From the human T2T-CHM13v2.0 reference genome, Homo sapiens: a stretch of DNA of 64,000 nt. Below the pieces are notes generated by a model. It saw only the letters and a program-made list of their open reading frames with translations, was not told the DNA's origin and made no database searches. The DNA lies in NCBI RefSeq assembly GCF_009914755.1, contig NC_060938.1; one strand, given 5' to 3'. Shown one piece after another: positions 24,296 through 37,360 of this stretch (positions are counted from its first letter, which is position 1; each line of letters begins with the position of its first letter). The translations under genes and the position numbers were made by a program.

Positions 24296-26586
24296 TGATA
24301 TGGTTAGGCTTTGTGTCCCTCACCCAAATCTCATCTTGAATTATAATCCCCATAATCCCCATGTGTCAAGGGAGAGACCAGGTAGAGGTCATTGGATCAT
24401 GGGGGCAGTTTCCCATATGCCATTCTCATGATAGTGAGTGAGTTCTCACAAGATCTGATGGTTTTGTAACTGCTGGTAGTTCCTCCTGCATTCATTCTCC
24501 TTCCTGCCACCTTCTGAAAAAGGTACCTTGCTTCTTCTTCACCTTCTGCCATGATTGTAAGTTTTCTGAGGCTTCCCCAGCCATGCTGAACTGTGAGTCA
24601 ATTAAACCTGCTTCCTTAATAAATTACCCAGTCTCAGATAGTTCTTTTTAGCAGTGTGAAGATGAACTAATACAGTAAATTGGCACTGCAGAGAGTGGGA
24701 TACTGCTATAAAGATACCCAAAAATTTGGGAGTGACTTTGGAACTGGGTAACAGGCAGAGATTGGAACAGTTTGGAGGGCTCAGAAGACAGGAAGATGTG
24801 AGAAAATTTGGAACTTCCTGGAGACTGGTTTAATTGATTTGACCAAAATGCTTATAGTGATATAAACAGTGAAGTCCAGGCTGAGGTGGTCTCAGATGGA
24901 GATGAGGAGCTGCTTTTTGGGAACTGGAATAAAGGTGATTCTTGCTATGCTTTAGCAAAGAGGCTGGTGACATTTTGCTTCTGCCCTAGACATCTGTGGA
25001 ACTTTGAACTTGAGAGAGATGGTTTAGAGCATTTGGCGGAAGAAATTTCTAAGCAGCAAAGCATTCAAGAGGCAATCTGGGTGCTCTTAAAAGCATTCAG
25101 TTTTATGGATTCACAAAAGGATGGTTTGGAATTGGGACTTATGTTTAAAAGGGAAGCAGAGCATGAAAGTTCAGAAAATTTGCAGCCTGATGACGTGATT
25201 GAAAAGAAAAACCCATTTTCTAGGGAGAAATTCAAGCCAGCTACAGAAAATTGCATAAATAATGAGGAGTTAAATGTTAATCACCAAGACAATGGGGAAA
25301 ATGTCTCCAGGGCATGTCAGAGGTCTTCACAACAGCCCCTCCCATCACAGGCCCGAGGCCTAGGAGGAAAAAATGGTTTCCTGGGCTGGACCCACTGTCT
25401 TGCTACTTTGTGCAGTCTTGGGACCTGGTGCTCTGCATCCTAGCCATGGCTAAAAGAGGCCAATGTACATCTCAGGCAATTGCTTCAGAGAGTGCAAGCT
25501 CAAAGCCTTGGCAGCTTACACATGGTGTTGGGCCTGCAGGTGCACAGAAACCAAGAATTGGGGTTTGGGAACATCCACCTAGATTTCAGAGGGTATATGG
25601 AAATGCCTGGATGTCCAGGCAGAAGTTTGCTGCAGGGGTGGAGTCCTTATGGGGAACCTCTGCTATGTTCCCCTCTGCTAGGACCCCAGAATGGTAGATC
25701 CATTGACAGTTTGCACCATGCTCCTGGAAAAGCCACAGACATTCAATGCCATCCTGTGAATGCAGCTGGAAGAGGAGCTATACCCTGCAAAGCCACAGGG
25801 TTGGAGCTGCCCAAGGCCATGGGAGTGCACCTCTTGCATCAGCATGATCTGGATGCAAGACATGAAGTCAAAGGAGATCATTTTGGAGCTATAAAAATTA
25901 ATGACTGCCCAGCTGGGTTTCGGACTGGCATAGCACCTGTAGCCCCTTTGTTTTGGCTAATTTCTCCCATTTAGAATGGAACATTTACCCAATGCCTGTA
26001 CCACTGTTGTATCTTGGAAGTAACTAACTTGCTTTTGATTTTACAGGCTCCTAGGAAGAAGGAACTTGCCCTGTCTCAGATGAGACTTTGGACTTGGACT
26101 TTGGGTTAATGCTGCGTTGAATTAAGACTTTGGGGGACTGTGGGGAAGGCATGATTGGTTTTGAAATGTGAAAGTGACATGAGACTTGGGAGGGGCCAGG
26201 GACAGAAAAATATGGTTAGGCTTTGTGATCCCACCCAAATCTCATCTTGAATTATAATTCCCATAATTCCCACATGTCAAGGGAGAGACCGGTTGGAGGT
26301 AAATGGATCATGAGGGCAGTTTCCCCCATGCTATTCTTGTGATAGTGAGTGAGTTATCATGAGATCTGATGGTTTTATAAGTGTTTGGTAGTTCCTCCTG
26401 TGTTCATTCTCCTTCCTGCAGCCTTCTGAAGAATGTGTTTTGCTTCCCCTTCACCTTCTGCCATGATTGTTAATTTCCTGAGGTCTCCCCAGCCATGTGG
26501 AACTGTGAGTCAATTAAATCTCTTTCCTTTATAAATTGCTCAGTCTAAGGCAGTTCTTTATAGCAGTGTAAAAAAAGACTAATACA
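24296..26586 (+). mobile_element. Complete THE1 (THE1D-like) MaLR element: 5' LTR 24296-24674, internal 24675-26207, 3' LTR 26208-26586
   Basis: Two related LTRs ('tatggttaggctttgtg...cacccaaatctcatcttgaattataat' to 'ctaataca'); THE1-int with decayed ORF (ORF track 24886-25974, 'VSDGDEELL..GNWNKGDSCYALAKRL'); perfect 5-bp TSD ATGAC at 24291-24295 and 26587-26591. Confidence 0.95.
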
Positions 26587-26719
26587 ATGACACAGGTTTA
26601 GGGAATCCCTTCCTGAAAGTGTCACCTAAATAAAAAAGAAGTGTGATCATCATGGCTTTCCACCCACATCTGCCAGGTTTTGCCATGGCTACTTGGCAGA
26701 GAGCTTCAGTGCCACTGCT

Positions 26720-26915
26720 TTGCAGCCAGAGGCACCTGAGCATCAATCCTAACTCACCATGCTGCCTTTAGACACAGGCTTTTACCCTATCTGAGGTTCA
26801 GTTTCCCCATTTGTATAGTGGGCCTAATTCTCTATGTCAATGGCATCCTTGGGGAGGATCAAACTTCCCAGTGTGGAAAGGGCTGAGCAAGGGGCCTGCC
26901 TCATAGAAGCTACTC
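26720..26915 (+). mobile_element. MIR fragment
   Basis: 'ctatctgaggttcagtttccccatttgtatagtggg'. Confidence 0.55.
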
Positions 26916-27178
26916 AGCAGCTACTGCCATTGTGGAAACTGACTGGCCCTTGCCAGTCATAAAGCAGGCTCAGCCAGTTTTCTGACAAAGGGATGGATTT
27001 CCTTACAGTTTTAAAGGTGAGTTTTGCTCTCCAAGACTCCCTTCTGTTGGGCCCTTCTTTCCCCTCTACCTCCTCCTCTCTTTCCCTTACAGAAAGAAAG
27101 CCAGTCATTTAAAAAAAAAAAGGCAGGAGGAAAAATGCCACTCTTGGCATCCTCTGGATGCCTTTCCTATCCACTGCC

Positions 27179-27192
27179 GTTGTCATGGTAAC
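27179..27192. promoter_or_regulatory. RFX X-box motif GTTGTCATGGTAAC
   Basis: Matches the RFX consensus GTNRCCATGGYAAC at all but one position, in unique sequence; function inferred only. Confidence 0.45.
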
Positions 27193-27940
27193 CTAAAGCC
27201 ATTTGCCTGCCTCTTTCGGCTGTGCCTTCTCCACTGAAAGCTGAGTGTGTGGCTGGCCTTTTCCCTGCCCCCTGAAAGCTACGTTTAGAGTTCCCCAATC
27301 TATTCTTAAATTTCTCTGCAGCTCCCCATCCTCCCTGCTTTCTCTGCCTCTTACACTTGAGAGTGAGAAAGGACCATATCAAGCAGGTGCCCCATGGCAT
27401 TAACTCCACAGATGTTTAAGCAGACCTCCTGTGTGCAGGCACTGTGCCAGATAGAAATTTGTCAGTGCCAAAATGCATGAAGAGAACCAATCATTTTATC
27501 CTGGAGAAACTGAGGCCCAGAGATGGAAGGAGGAGAGCCTGTCTCAGAGCCCCATGTCCTCATGCCCAGGTGAGTGCTGAGCTTTTGTTTGTTGTCATTA
27601 GCCTTTGCCAATGACCAGCCTCATGTGGGCCCCAAGCTTTCCATCTGCAAGTGCCATGAAACTGTGGAGCCATGGGCAGAGCTGGCCAGTTTTCCCAAGA
27701 TTCCTCTTTCCTCTGGTGCAGCTGGGGGGTTAGGGCCCAGACCTCTTTATGAATGTCCTTTTAGCACAGCTAAGGCAGATCTTCCCCCACCATGGCCCTA
27801 TCCGCTGCAGCAGACTTCCAGGAGTGCATGGAAGCTCCTGCTTCTCCCACCCTGCCTTGCTCCTTACCATGGGCAGAGCTGGAGAGAGTGTGGCTACAGC
27901 TAGCTTTGCTCCACTTAACCTGCCAGCTCCATCTGCAAGC

Positions 27941-27948
27941 TGACGTCA
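27941..27948. promoter_or_regulatory. Full palindromic CRE (TGACGTCA)
   Basis: Exact 8-mer with intact CpG in unique sequence; function inferred only. Confidence 0.35.
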
Positions 27949-28704
27949 CCTGAGCCACCACTATTCCCCCCACCCCCACCCTGGCATTTTCTGCTTATTA
28001 AAACACACATGCCATCTCCGCTCCTGCACCATTAAAACATTTGCTCGGCAGCCCAGACTCGGAAAAGGGAGGGATGGAGGGAGGGAGTCCACACACTGTA
28101 GAAATAAATTAATGTGGAATAAAACAGCAGTCCTGGCTCCCATAAGGTGGCTGGTTTGAGAGGCAGATAGATGCTAAAAGGCTCTAGTTACTAAATAAGG
28201 AACACTTAAAATAAGCACCCATTGCTAATAGCTCACCCTTAAAAGAGAGAATATGACAAAGACTGCACGAAGACAAACTATGGGTCAGCACTCCATCGTC
28301 TTCATCATGACGACATGTACACAGTACTTACTATGTGTCAGGTGCTTGACCACACTCGCTAAATCTAGTTTTCATTTATACATCCATTATACTTTCTTCC
28401 ATCTCCACCCTCTGCTCCCTTCTCTCACTTTCTGCTCCCCACAGGTAATCCTTTTTTATTCTTTTTGTTGGTCCTTTTCAGATTCACCATATCTATAGAT
28501 AATCTATTTATTAGGGTGACTGACTTGGAGGCTTTCTCTATTGACTTCCTACTATGGAATTTAACCCTCTTTCCTTAGCTCCTATATCCACCACAGACAC
28601 TTCCTGCCTTCATCCTTCCAACAGGGTCATGTGGTCATTTTATTTAGATCAGCAGCTTTGCATGATCATGACTATGTGAATATTCTACCTAGATAAGCCA
28701 TGTA

Positions 28705-29140
28705 GTGTGGTGTGGTGGCCACAAAATGCACCCCTCCAGTGTCTTTCTGAAGGGAGTATAATAGACTAACAGCTCAGCTGCTGCCCCTCTGGGCCCATCA
28801 TTACCTTCACAACAAGGCCACATCCCTGTGGCCCAGTGACTGAGCACAGGTCCATTCCTGCAAGACATGCAACTTCTCCAATTGGCCTCTTGGGTTGGAG
28901 ACTCCCCTGTTGTCCTGGCTGCTCCTTTCTGGAAATTGCATTGCAGCCTGGGCTGTCCCCACCTCATCTTCCTCCCTTCCCTCCCTCCTGCACAGGGGCC
29001 AGCCCTGCACTGACTTCTACAAGTGCCGCTGCCTGTGTCTGGGCTTTCCCACTAGATCCTTCAAAGGTGTTTCCCCCAATCAATCTCTCCAACATCTAAT
29101 CCCATCTTAGTGTCATTCTTATCAAACCTGTACTCATATA
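28705..29140 (+). mobile_element. Old ERVL LTR (LTR16-like)
   Basis: 'ggactaacagctcagctgctgcccctctgg'-like motif, 'ccaataaatctc'-like end ('cccccaatcaatctctccaacatctaatcccatctt'); subfamily tentative. Confidence 0.55.
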
Positions 29141-29214
29141 TCTGGAGTCAATCATTGTCCCTCTCTCATACCCTGTTTATTTAGTTTTTTATTTGTCTGT
29201 TTGTTCATGGGCTT

Positions 29215-29610
29215 TATGTATGATAGCTAAAAGCTGAAAATAAACAAATGAATGGATAAATTAATAGTGGCATATTCAAACATCAGAAGAGTACTCAGAA
29301 AAAGAAAAGGCTGAACTACTCATACATTATTAATAAATCTCAAAGTAATTACACAAGACAAATAAAACCAGAAAATAAGAGGAGTAAACACTTTATGATC
29401 CAATCATATAAAATTCCAGAAAAGGTAAACATATATATTATAGGGCAAAATAAATAAATGGTTACCTGGACGCCTGGGAAGGATGAGGAGAGGGATTATA
29501 AAAGGACATGGTTTCACAGCTTCATCTGTATGTCAGAATTTGTCCAATTGTGTATGTCAAATATGTGCAGTTTATAACATGTAAATTATACCTTAATAAA
29601 GCTTTAAAAA
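29215..29610 (+). mobile_element. L1M 3' end fragment
   Basis: 'aacaaatgaatggataaattaatagtggcatattc...atatgtgcagtttataacatgtaaattataccttaataaagct'. Confidence 0.8.
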
Positions 29611-29974
29611 TTGGTTCAAGATAAAAATCTACATATCCCACTCTCAGGTTGTTTGTTTCGTTTTTTATGTGCTTATCACTACTCTATTCTGAACTCTCCT
29701 GGTATGTAAATCTTCTCCCAATGTGTGCAGACACACTAGGCAGTCTCACAATTGCACTGCATCTTACAGAAACTTCTCCTGGCTCCTTCTGACCTTTTCC
29801 AATCTGGGCTGGGCTCTCTCCACCTGCTGTGCAGCTGACCTCTTGGGATTTTCCTTACTATCATCTGGGGGTCTTCCTCTGTTGCACCCCCTCTTTCCTG
29901 TTTTTCATGCCTGGATCTCCTTTGACTCACCCTCATCTTGCTGTAGCACATCCTCCAGTAGTTTCCCACTGAAG

Positions 29975-30108
29975 GGTGGGATTACGCCTGTAATCCCAGC
30001 ACTTTGAGAGGCTGAAGTGGGTAGATTGCTTGAACCCAGGAGTTCAAAACCAGCCTGGGAAACATAGCAAGACCTTGTCTCTACAAAAAAAAAAAAAAAA
30101 AAAAAAAG
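29975..30108 (+). mobile_element. Alu left monomer (FLAM-like) with A tail
   Basis: 'cgcctgtaatcccagcactttgagaggctgaagtggg...gaccttgtctctac' followed by ~23 A. Confidence 0.9.
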
Positions 30109-30624
30109 AATAAATCTGAAAGTAAGATGGAAATTCTAAACCTGTCTTTCATCTATCCTCACACTTTAGCAAGAGTCTGGCTGGACACAAAATTCTAGAT
30201 GGAATCATTTTCCTTCAGAGTCTGGAAGGCTCTGCTCCCCTGTCTTTTGTGTCATGCAGTGCTGGAGTTCACAAGCCTTTTCTCCCTTTGGAAAGAAAAT
30301 GGAATTCCTCCTTCCCCCCCGCATCCTGAAAGCTCATGGCCATGTGCCTCCTGTGGGTGGGTCTGTTGTCCTCCCTTGCTCTGTGCTCAGTGAGTCTTTC
30401 CAGACCAGCAACTTGGCTCCTTCAGTTCCAGGAAAGCAACTTGAATTCTTTATGGGTGAATTCTTCCTTTCTCTTTCTTCTCTTCTCCTTCTTTGCAGCT
30501 GCTTTTACTTGGATATTGAATGTCCTAATCTGGTCCTCACATCTTCTCATCATTTAGCTCCCATTTTCTCATCTCTTTGTCTCTCACTGTACTTTCCATG
30601 AGATTTTTCAACTTTATCTGGCTA

Positions 30625-30942
30625 CTTTTCTTTTTTTTTCTTTTTTTGAGACAGGGTCTCACTTTGCCACCTGGGCTAGAGTGTGGTGGCACAATCAATG
30701 CTCACTGCTCACTGCAGCCTCAACCTCCCAAGCTCAGGTGATTCTCCTACTTCAACCTCCCAAGTACCTGGGACTACAGGCATACACCACCACGCCTGGC
30801 TAATTTTTTTTTTTTTTTTTTTTTTTGCAGAGACAGGGTCTTGCTATGTTGCTCAGGCTGGTCTTAAACTTCTGGGCTCAAGTGATCTGCCCACCTTAAC
30901 CTCTCATAGTGCTGGGATTACAGGCAAAAGCCACTGTTTCTG
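30625..30942 (-). mobile_element. Alu (AluJ-like)
   Basis: Antisense dimeric Alu with expanded T linker. Confidence 0.93.
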
Positions 30943-31167
30943 GTCTATCTTGCTACCTTTTAATTGATTTTTTAAATTTCTGCTATCTTTTTTTTAATTT
31001 TCAAGATTTTTTTTGGTCTTGGAATAGTCCTTTTTATAGCATATTCTTTTTTTTTGAAGCATTCTTCTCTATAAAAGAATATATTAATAATATTAATTGT
31101 TAAGAATAGTAAGAATAATGTACGTGAAGTTCAGTCTACCGGAATAGCTTCTGCTTCTTTCAAGTCG

Positions 31168-31381
31168 CTTTTTTTTTTTTTTTTTTTTTTTTGAGACAGA
31201 GTCTTGCTCTGTTGCCCAGGCTGGAGTGCAGTGGTGCAATCTACAGGCATGTGCCACCACGCTGGCTAATTTTTTTGTAGTTTTACTAGAGACGGGTTTC
31301 ACCATGTTGGTCAGGCTGGTCTTGAACTCCTAACCTCAAATAATCTGCCCATCTCGGCCTCCCACAGTGCTGGGATTACAG
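31168..31381 (-). mobile_element. Alu (AluS-like) with internal deletion in the right arm
   Basis: 'gtggtgcaatc' joins directly to 'tacaggcatgtgccacc', omitting the usual intervening segment. Confidence 0.9.
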
Positions 31382-32299
31382 TCAAGTAGCTTTTTGTTTG
31401 TTTTGATAGCTTTTGTGTTAAGTGCATTCCCAACATGTCTTAGCTGTTCAGTAGTATTTACAACTAGTTATTGAGAAGGTAACTAGCTATCTGGGCAAGG
31501 TGGCTGGGGGAGCTTGTTATCTGTAGTTATGTTGGGTGATCTGACTGACTATTTCCTTAGGCAATTCCAGATCTTGGTATCTTTGACACTTTTCTTTTGA
31601 GTTAGTGAAATTTCCTACAAAAGACTCCTAATCTCTTTCTGGATGTCAATAGACTGTGCAGAATTCATTGTCCATGATCAGCATTTTCAACTTTTAGCAG
31701 AGTCCAGCGCTCTTCCAGAGCAGACCCTATTTACAACCCCCTCCTCTATACGAAAAAATTATTCCCAGTAATAATCATGTAAGAATCAGCATTAATCACT
31801 TCTTTATTTCTTCTTTAGTTTTAAAACAAACTGTTAACATAACAGATGGATAAATTTTCATTTTAATTATATTATGCAGATTCAGTAAAGTATTTTATGT
31901 AAGAACTAAAATCTGCATTTGCCAAACCAAAGTACTGCACTCAGTTCACACTCTGATTTACTGATTTAAATTTTAAGCATTCATGAAATTCCAAGCAGTC
32001 ACATGGAATGCCAAGCGTGAAATAATGCAAATTCTACTTCTTTGTCTTTGCATTCACAATCTCTCATTGTTGCAACCTTCTTTACAAATGCAGGAATTTG
32101 CCGCACCCCAGGGATTGGACCCAGGTCACAACCAAGGAAGCTGCACAAGATCTGAAGTGTTAGCCATCTCCTCTCAACCAAATGCATGTGCTGAGTCCTC
32201 ATATGCTGGGGTTCTTGCAAATAACTTCCATGTAGAATAAAATGCTTATTAAAGGGTCAGTAATAAAATGTGCTGTTTTGAAGCGTACATCTATACGTA

Positions 32300-32603
32300 C
32301 TTTTTTATTTTTTGAAAAAGGGTTTTGCTGTGTCACTCAGGCTGGAGTGCAGTAGCCCAATCATGGCTCACTGCAGCCTCAAACTCCTGATTTCTAGTCA
32401 TCCTCCCACCTCAGCCGCCTGAGCAGCTGGGACTACAGACATGTGCCACCAAGCCCAGCTATTTTATTTTATTTATTTATTTATTTTGTAAAGATAGGGG
32501 TCTCGCTATGTTGACCAAGCTAGTCTTGAACTCCTGGGCTCAAGCAATCCTCCCACCTTAGCCTCTCAAAGTGGTGGCATTACAGGTGTGAGTGTGCCCA
32601 GCT
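32300..32603 (-). mobile_element. Alu (AluJ-like)
   Basis: Antisense dimeric Alu. Confidence 0.92.
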
Positions 32604-32799
32604 GACATCTGTATTATTGAAACTCAAGAGTAACCACACAGTTATTTAGAATATAGACCAACAAGATATTTTTCAGGGAGGAATACTTTATCACAATATT
32701 GTTCAGAATTACCAGCACATGGTGATAATAAAAAAACTTGGCTTTTTATTGTTGTAAAATGTACATAACATAAAATTTATCATTATAACCATTTCTGTT

Positions 32800-33392
<593 letters not shown>

Positions 33393-34052
33393 GGCATTTT
33401 CACCATTTTTAAGTGTACAGTTCAGTGGCTCTAAGTACATTCATACTGCGGTGAATCACCACCATCGATCTCCAGAACTTTTTCTTCATTGCAAACAAAA
33501 CCCTGTACCCATTAATACACTAACTCCCCCTTTTCATCTCTCCCTAGTTCCTGATAACCTCCTCTCTACTTTCTGTCTCTACAATTTTGACTACTCTAGG
33601 TATCTCACATAAGTGGAATCCTACACTATCTGTCCTTTTGTGACTGGCTTGTTTCACTTAGCGTAATTCTTCAAGGTTCATCCATGTCGCAGCATGTGTC
33701 AGAATATCCTTCCTTTTTAAGGCTGAATAATAACCCATTTTATGTGTACACCACTTGTATGTGTACACCACATTTTATTTATGGGCTCTTGGGTTGCTCC
33801 CATTCCTGGCTATTGTGAGTAACCACTACTATGCACATAGGTATACAAATATCTCTGTGAATCCCTGCTTCCACGTCTTTCGGGTATATACCCAAAAGTA
33901 GAATTTCTGTACTATATAGTAATCCTATGTTTAATTGTTTGAGGAGTCACCATGTTCTTTTCCACAGCAGTTGCAGCATTTTACATTCCCACCAGCAATG
34001 CACAAGGATTCTGATTTCTCCATGTCCTTGCTAACACTTGTTATTTTCTGTA

Positions 34053-34350
<298 letters not shown>

Positions 34351-36689
34351 TTCTGTATTTTTTTTTTTTTTTTTTAAATAATAGCCAGCCTAGTGAGTGT
34401 GAAGCGAAACACTGACTTTTCACCAGTTGTATAATTTTTGGGAAGTTCTCTACAGACAAAGTGTGACTTTGCTACCTCCACCCAAGACAGACCCTTCCAC
34501 TGACTGCCCTTGGTACTTCTCGGGCCTCCAGGATGTAGCGTTTTCCAGCATTGTGCCCTTGGTACCCCAAGCCCAGAGCCTCTCTCTTTATCTTCTCCCG
34601 GGAATAAGGTTCCCACCCCTCTGCTGGAGTGGGAAAGGGGCATGCCCAGTAGCATGAAGTGGCTGAGGAAGCTGGAAGTCTAACTGCTTTTTGAACTTTC
34701 AACCAATCCTTCTGTTTCTAGCCCCAAATCACTTCCACTTCCAAAACTACCGTGCCACCAGGTCCAGAGCCTGTAAGGCGTTCGGTGATGCTCATCCATT
34801 GCTTCTCATCCCCATTTTGACTTAGGATTTAATGCCTCCAATCTGCTCAGTCAGTTACCACGCATCCATCTGCTTTCCAGCCTGCAATTGCAGATTCCAG
34901 ATCTGCTGCTCCCTCCTCTCCTTCTCTCTTTGGCCTTAAGGGTCTAAGCCTTCTTAAAAATTCCTTTGTTGTCATTTGGATGGGGTTTCAGGAAGGAGTA
35001 AAGCTAAAAACATGTGTTCAATCTTTCATCTTCAAAAAGCCTCAACTAAAGTTTAATATGCATTATTTTACTTAAATTGTACTATTATAAATGAAATTAA
35101 ACATGAGGATCTGAGCTGTGGTAGAGGTGGAGGGGCATGTGGAAGTTCAGGGAGGGCCCCCAGTGCAGCAAAGGGTATCTCCAAAAGCTCCTCAAGGAGG
35201 TAACATATGAGCACATGAACTGAGCTGTGAAGGCAGAGTAGGAGTTTGATTCATTTTACACCTGTTCTGTGCTGAGAACAGAAGCATAAAGTTTTAATAA
35301 TTCATTGTCCATCTACCCAAACTAACACTTAGCTGCTCTCACCATGTGCCAGACCCCAGGAAAATGCTGGTGAGTCCTCAGCACATGCAACCAGCCCCGG
35401 GGTCTCCCCTGTATCCTTGGCTCTCCGAAACTGTCCCACCCAGAAGCCATCTGCTTTCTATGATCTGGCATCACCTCACCCTACTTCCAAATGCTGGTAA
35501 ATCTCCCAGCCTCACCTAAACGTTCAAGCAGCCTATCTGTAACCCAATCTTTGTGAAATTGTTGGAAAGTCCCTCCCTCCTTCTCCAAGAATGGAAGGTT
35601 ACATAAAGGTCGTGCAGAAGAACTTGGATGAAACAGAGAGATTGTGCAGAATTCATTGTCGATGGCAGCCAGGCTGGGGACAGATAATCCTAGGGAAAGC
35701 ATCAGAACTGACTTGAATCTCTGCCCACAGAGAGGGGATCCAGAATTCAGAGTATGACCTTGAACAAAATTTCAGTCTGCTCCTGGACTGAAGACCAACA
35801 GCACATAATTAATTGGAAGTGAGGTCCTTATGAGTGACAGGTTGTCAGTGATTAATTATCTTAATATTTGCTCTGGGTTCTGAGGATGTGCAAAGTGATT
35901 AAAGAGGGGTTTTGGAAACAGTGACTTGTTTGTTCTCTGTCCCCTAATTGTTTGCTAAATGATTCACCATAATTACATGTAACGTCTCCCTGCTCCCCCA
36001 GGTAATACTTGCATAATATGGAAACAAAACTGAAATTTCTAAAGTACAAACACAGCAAGGTCTGGGGGGTGGGCTGAGAAGCTCCAGAAGGCATCATGTA
36101 TGGGACCTGATAATCCAAGCCTCCGATCTTGTACATTGCTCCAATTTGTAGACACCTGAATTGTAGCTCACGCAGAGCTGTGGAGCAGTATTGTTTCACA
36201 GCAGGATATGGAGGGGGTGATTAAGAGGTGAGATTGGGGTTAGGCAAGGAGTTAACCTCAGTGCCATCAGGAGACTGAAGTTCTAAACCTACTGTTGCCA
36301 CTTCGTGTGCAGGAAAATAATCTGAGGCACAGAGAATCAGATTGAGCCATCATGGGTCTTCCTAAGCTGAATGCTCTGATCCAACCCCAGCCTCCTCAGC
36401 CTCAGGCCCCCAGGCTTCTCTGCACAAACAGGAGAAACAAGTCCTGGACCTGCCGTCCTCTTCTGATGGGCAAGGGGAGAGCCACCACCTCTCACTCACC
36501 CTCCAGCGCCCACCTCTTGCCCATCCCAGCCATTAGGATGCTTGGCTAAGAAGAGATCAGCTGATTGGGGTGGGGAGTATCAGGGAGCATCGAGATAGAT
36601 GTTGGGGCTTCCAAATTCCCAGAAACCCCCATCCTGATTTCAGCACTCCTTTACCAGTCAGTACCAAGGACAGCGACTATTGCTTCTGG

Positions 36690-36850
36690 TTCCAGAAAAC
36701 ACAATACAAAGATTCAAAGGTATGAGATCCAGGAGGGCCTGAGAGGTGGTGAAGTCTAGCCTGTCCCCTTACAGGTGAGGACACAGGCCCAGAGATCAGA
36801 GGGTATTTTCCAGCACCAAGCTAAGCCCAGGTACTCAGGCAGGCAGGATC
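36690..36850 (-). mobile_element. MIR fragment
   Basis: 'gtctagcctgtccccttacaggtgaggacacaggcccagagatcagagg'. Confidence 0.55.
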
Positions 36851-37290
36851 TCATGATTCACACTGCGTGCTGCACCTGGGATGCTGCCACGCTGCCTGGA
36901 CTCTGGGCTCCTTGGAGGAAGGGGCTGGACATAACTCATCTGTGTCCCCACAACCCAGTCCAGGGCCAAGCACAGAGGAGATGCTTAGTGTACACGGGTT
37001 TAACTTATCTGTAAATCCAAATCCTCCCAGGCACATCCCCATAGGCCCAGGCCAAGGAACACCTCCCCTGGGAAGACCACCTTGTCAATGGTGGAGAAAG
37101 TGCCTGCAGCTTAGAGCTGGTATCACCATTTCACATGAGCAAACCTTCTGTGTGTTATTGCTGCTTTCTTCCCAACTATAATAAATTGTCTCCTCAATAA
37201 ACCTGAGAATTACTAATTCATATTCTCTGAATCTTTAATAATGCCTGGCATAGATATTTGTAGGATACCTGCATGAAATACTGTCCCAAT

Positions 37291-37360
37291 AGAGAGAGAG
37301 AGAGAGAGAGAGAGAAGAGGAGGAGATAGTTAGAGGGACAGAGACTTAGAGAGGCAGAGA
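37291..37360. repeat. (GA)n microsatellite / GA-rich tract
   Basis: Directly visible. Confidence 0.9.

Noticed and set aside
24886-25974. ORFs of 185, 127 and 164 aa as a cellular gene
   Set aside because: They are frameshifted remnants of the THE1 internal ORF.
31700-32740. AT-rich segment that may be an old DNA transposon
   Set aside because: I could not identify terminal repeats or a family with confidence; needs a Dfam search.
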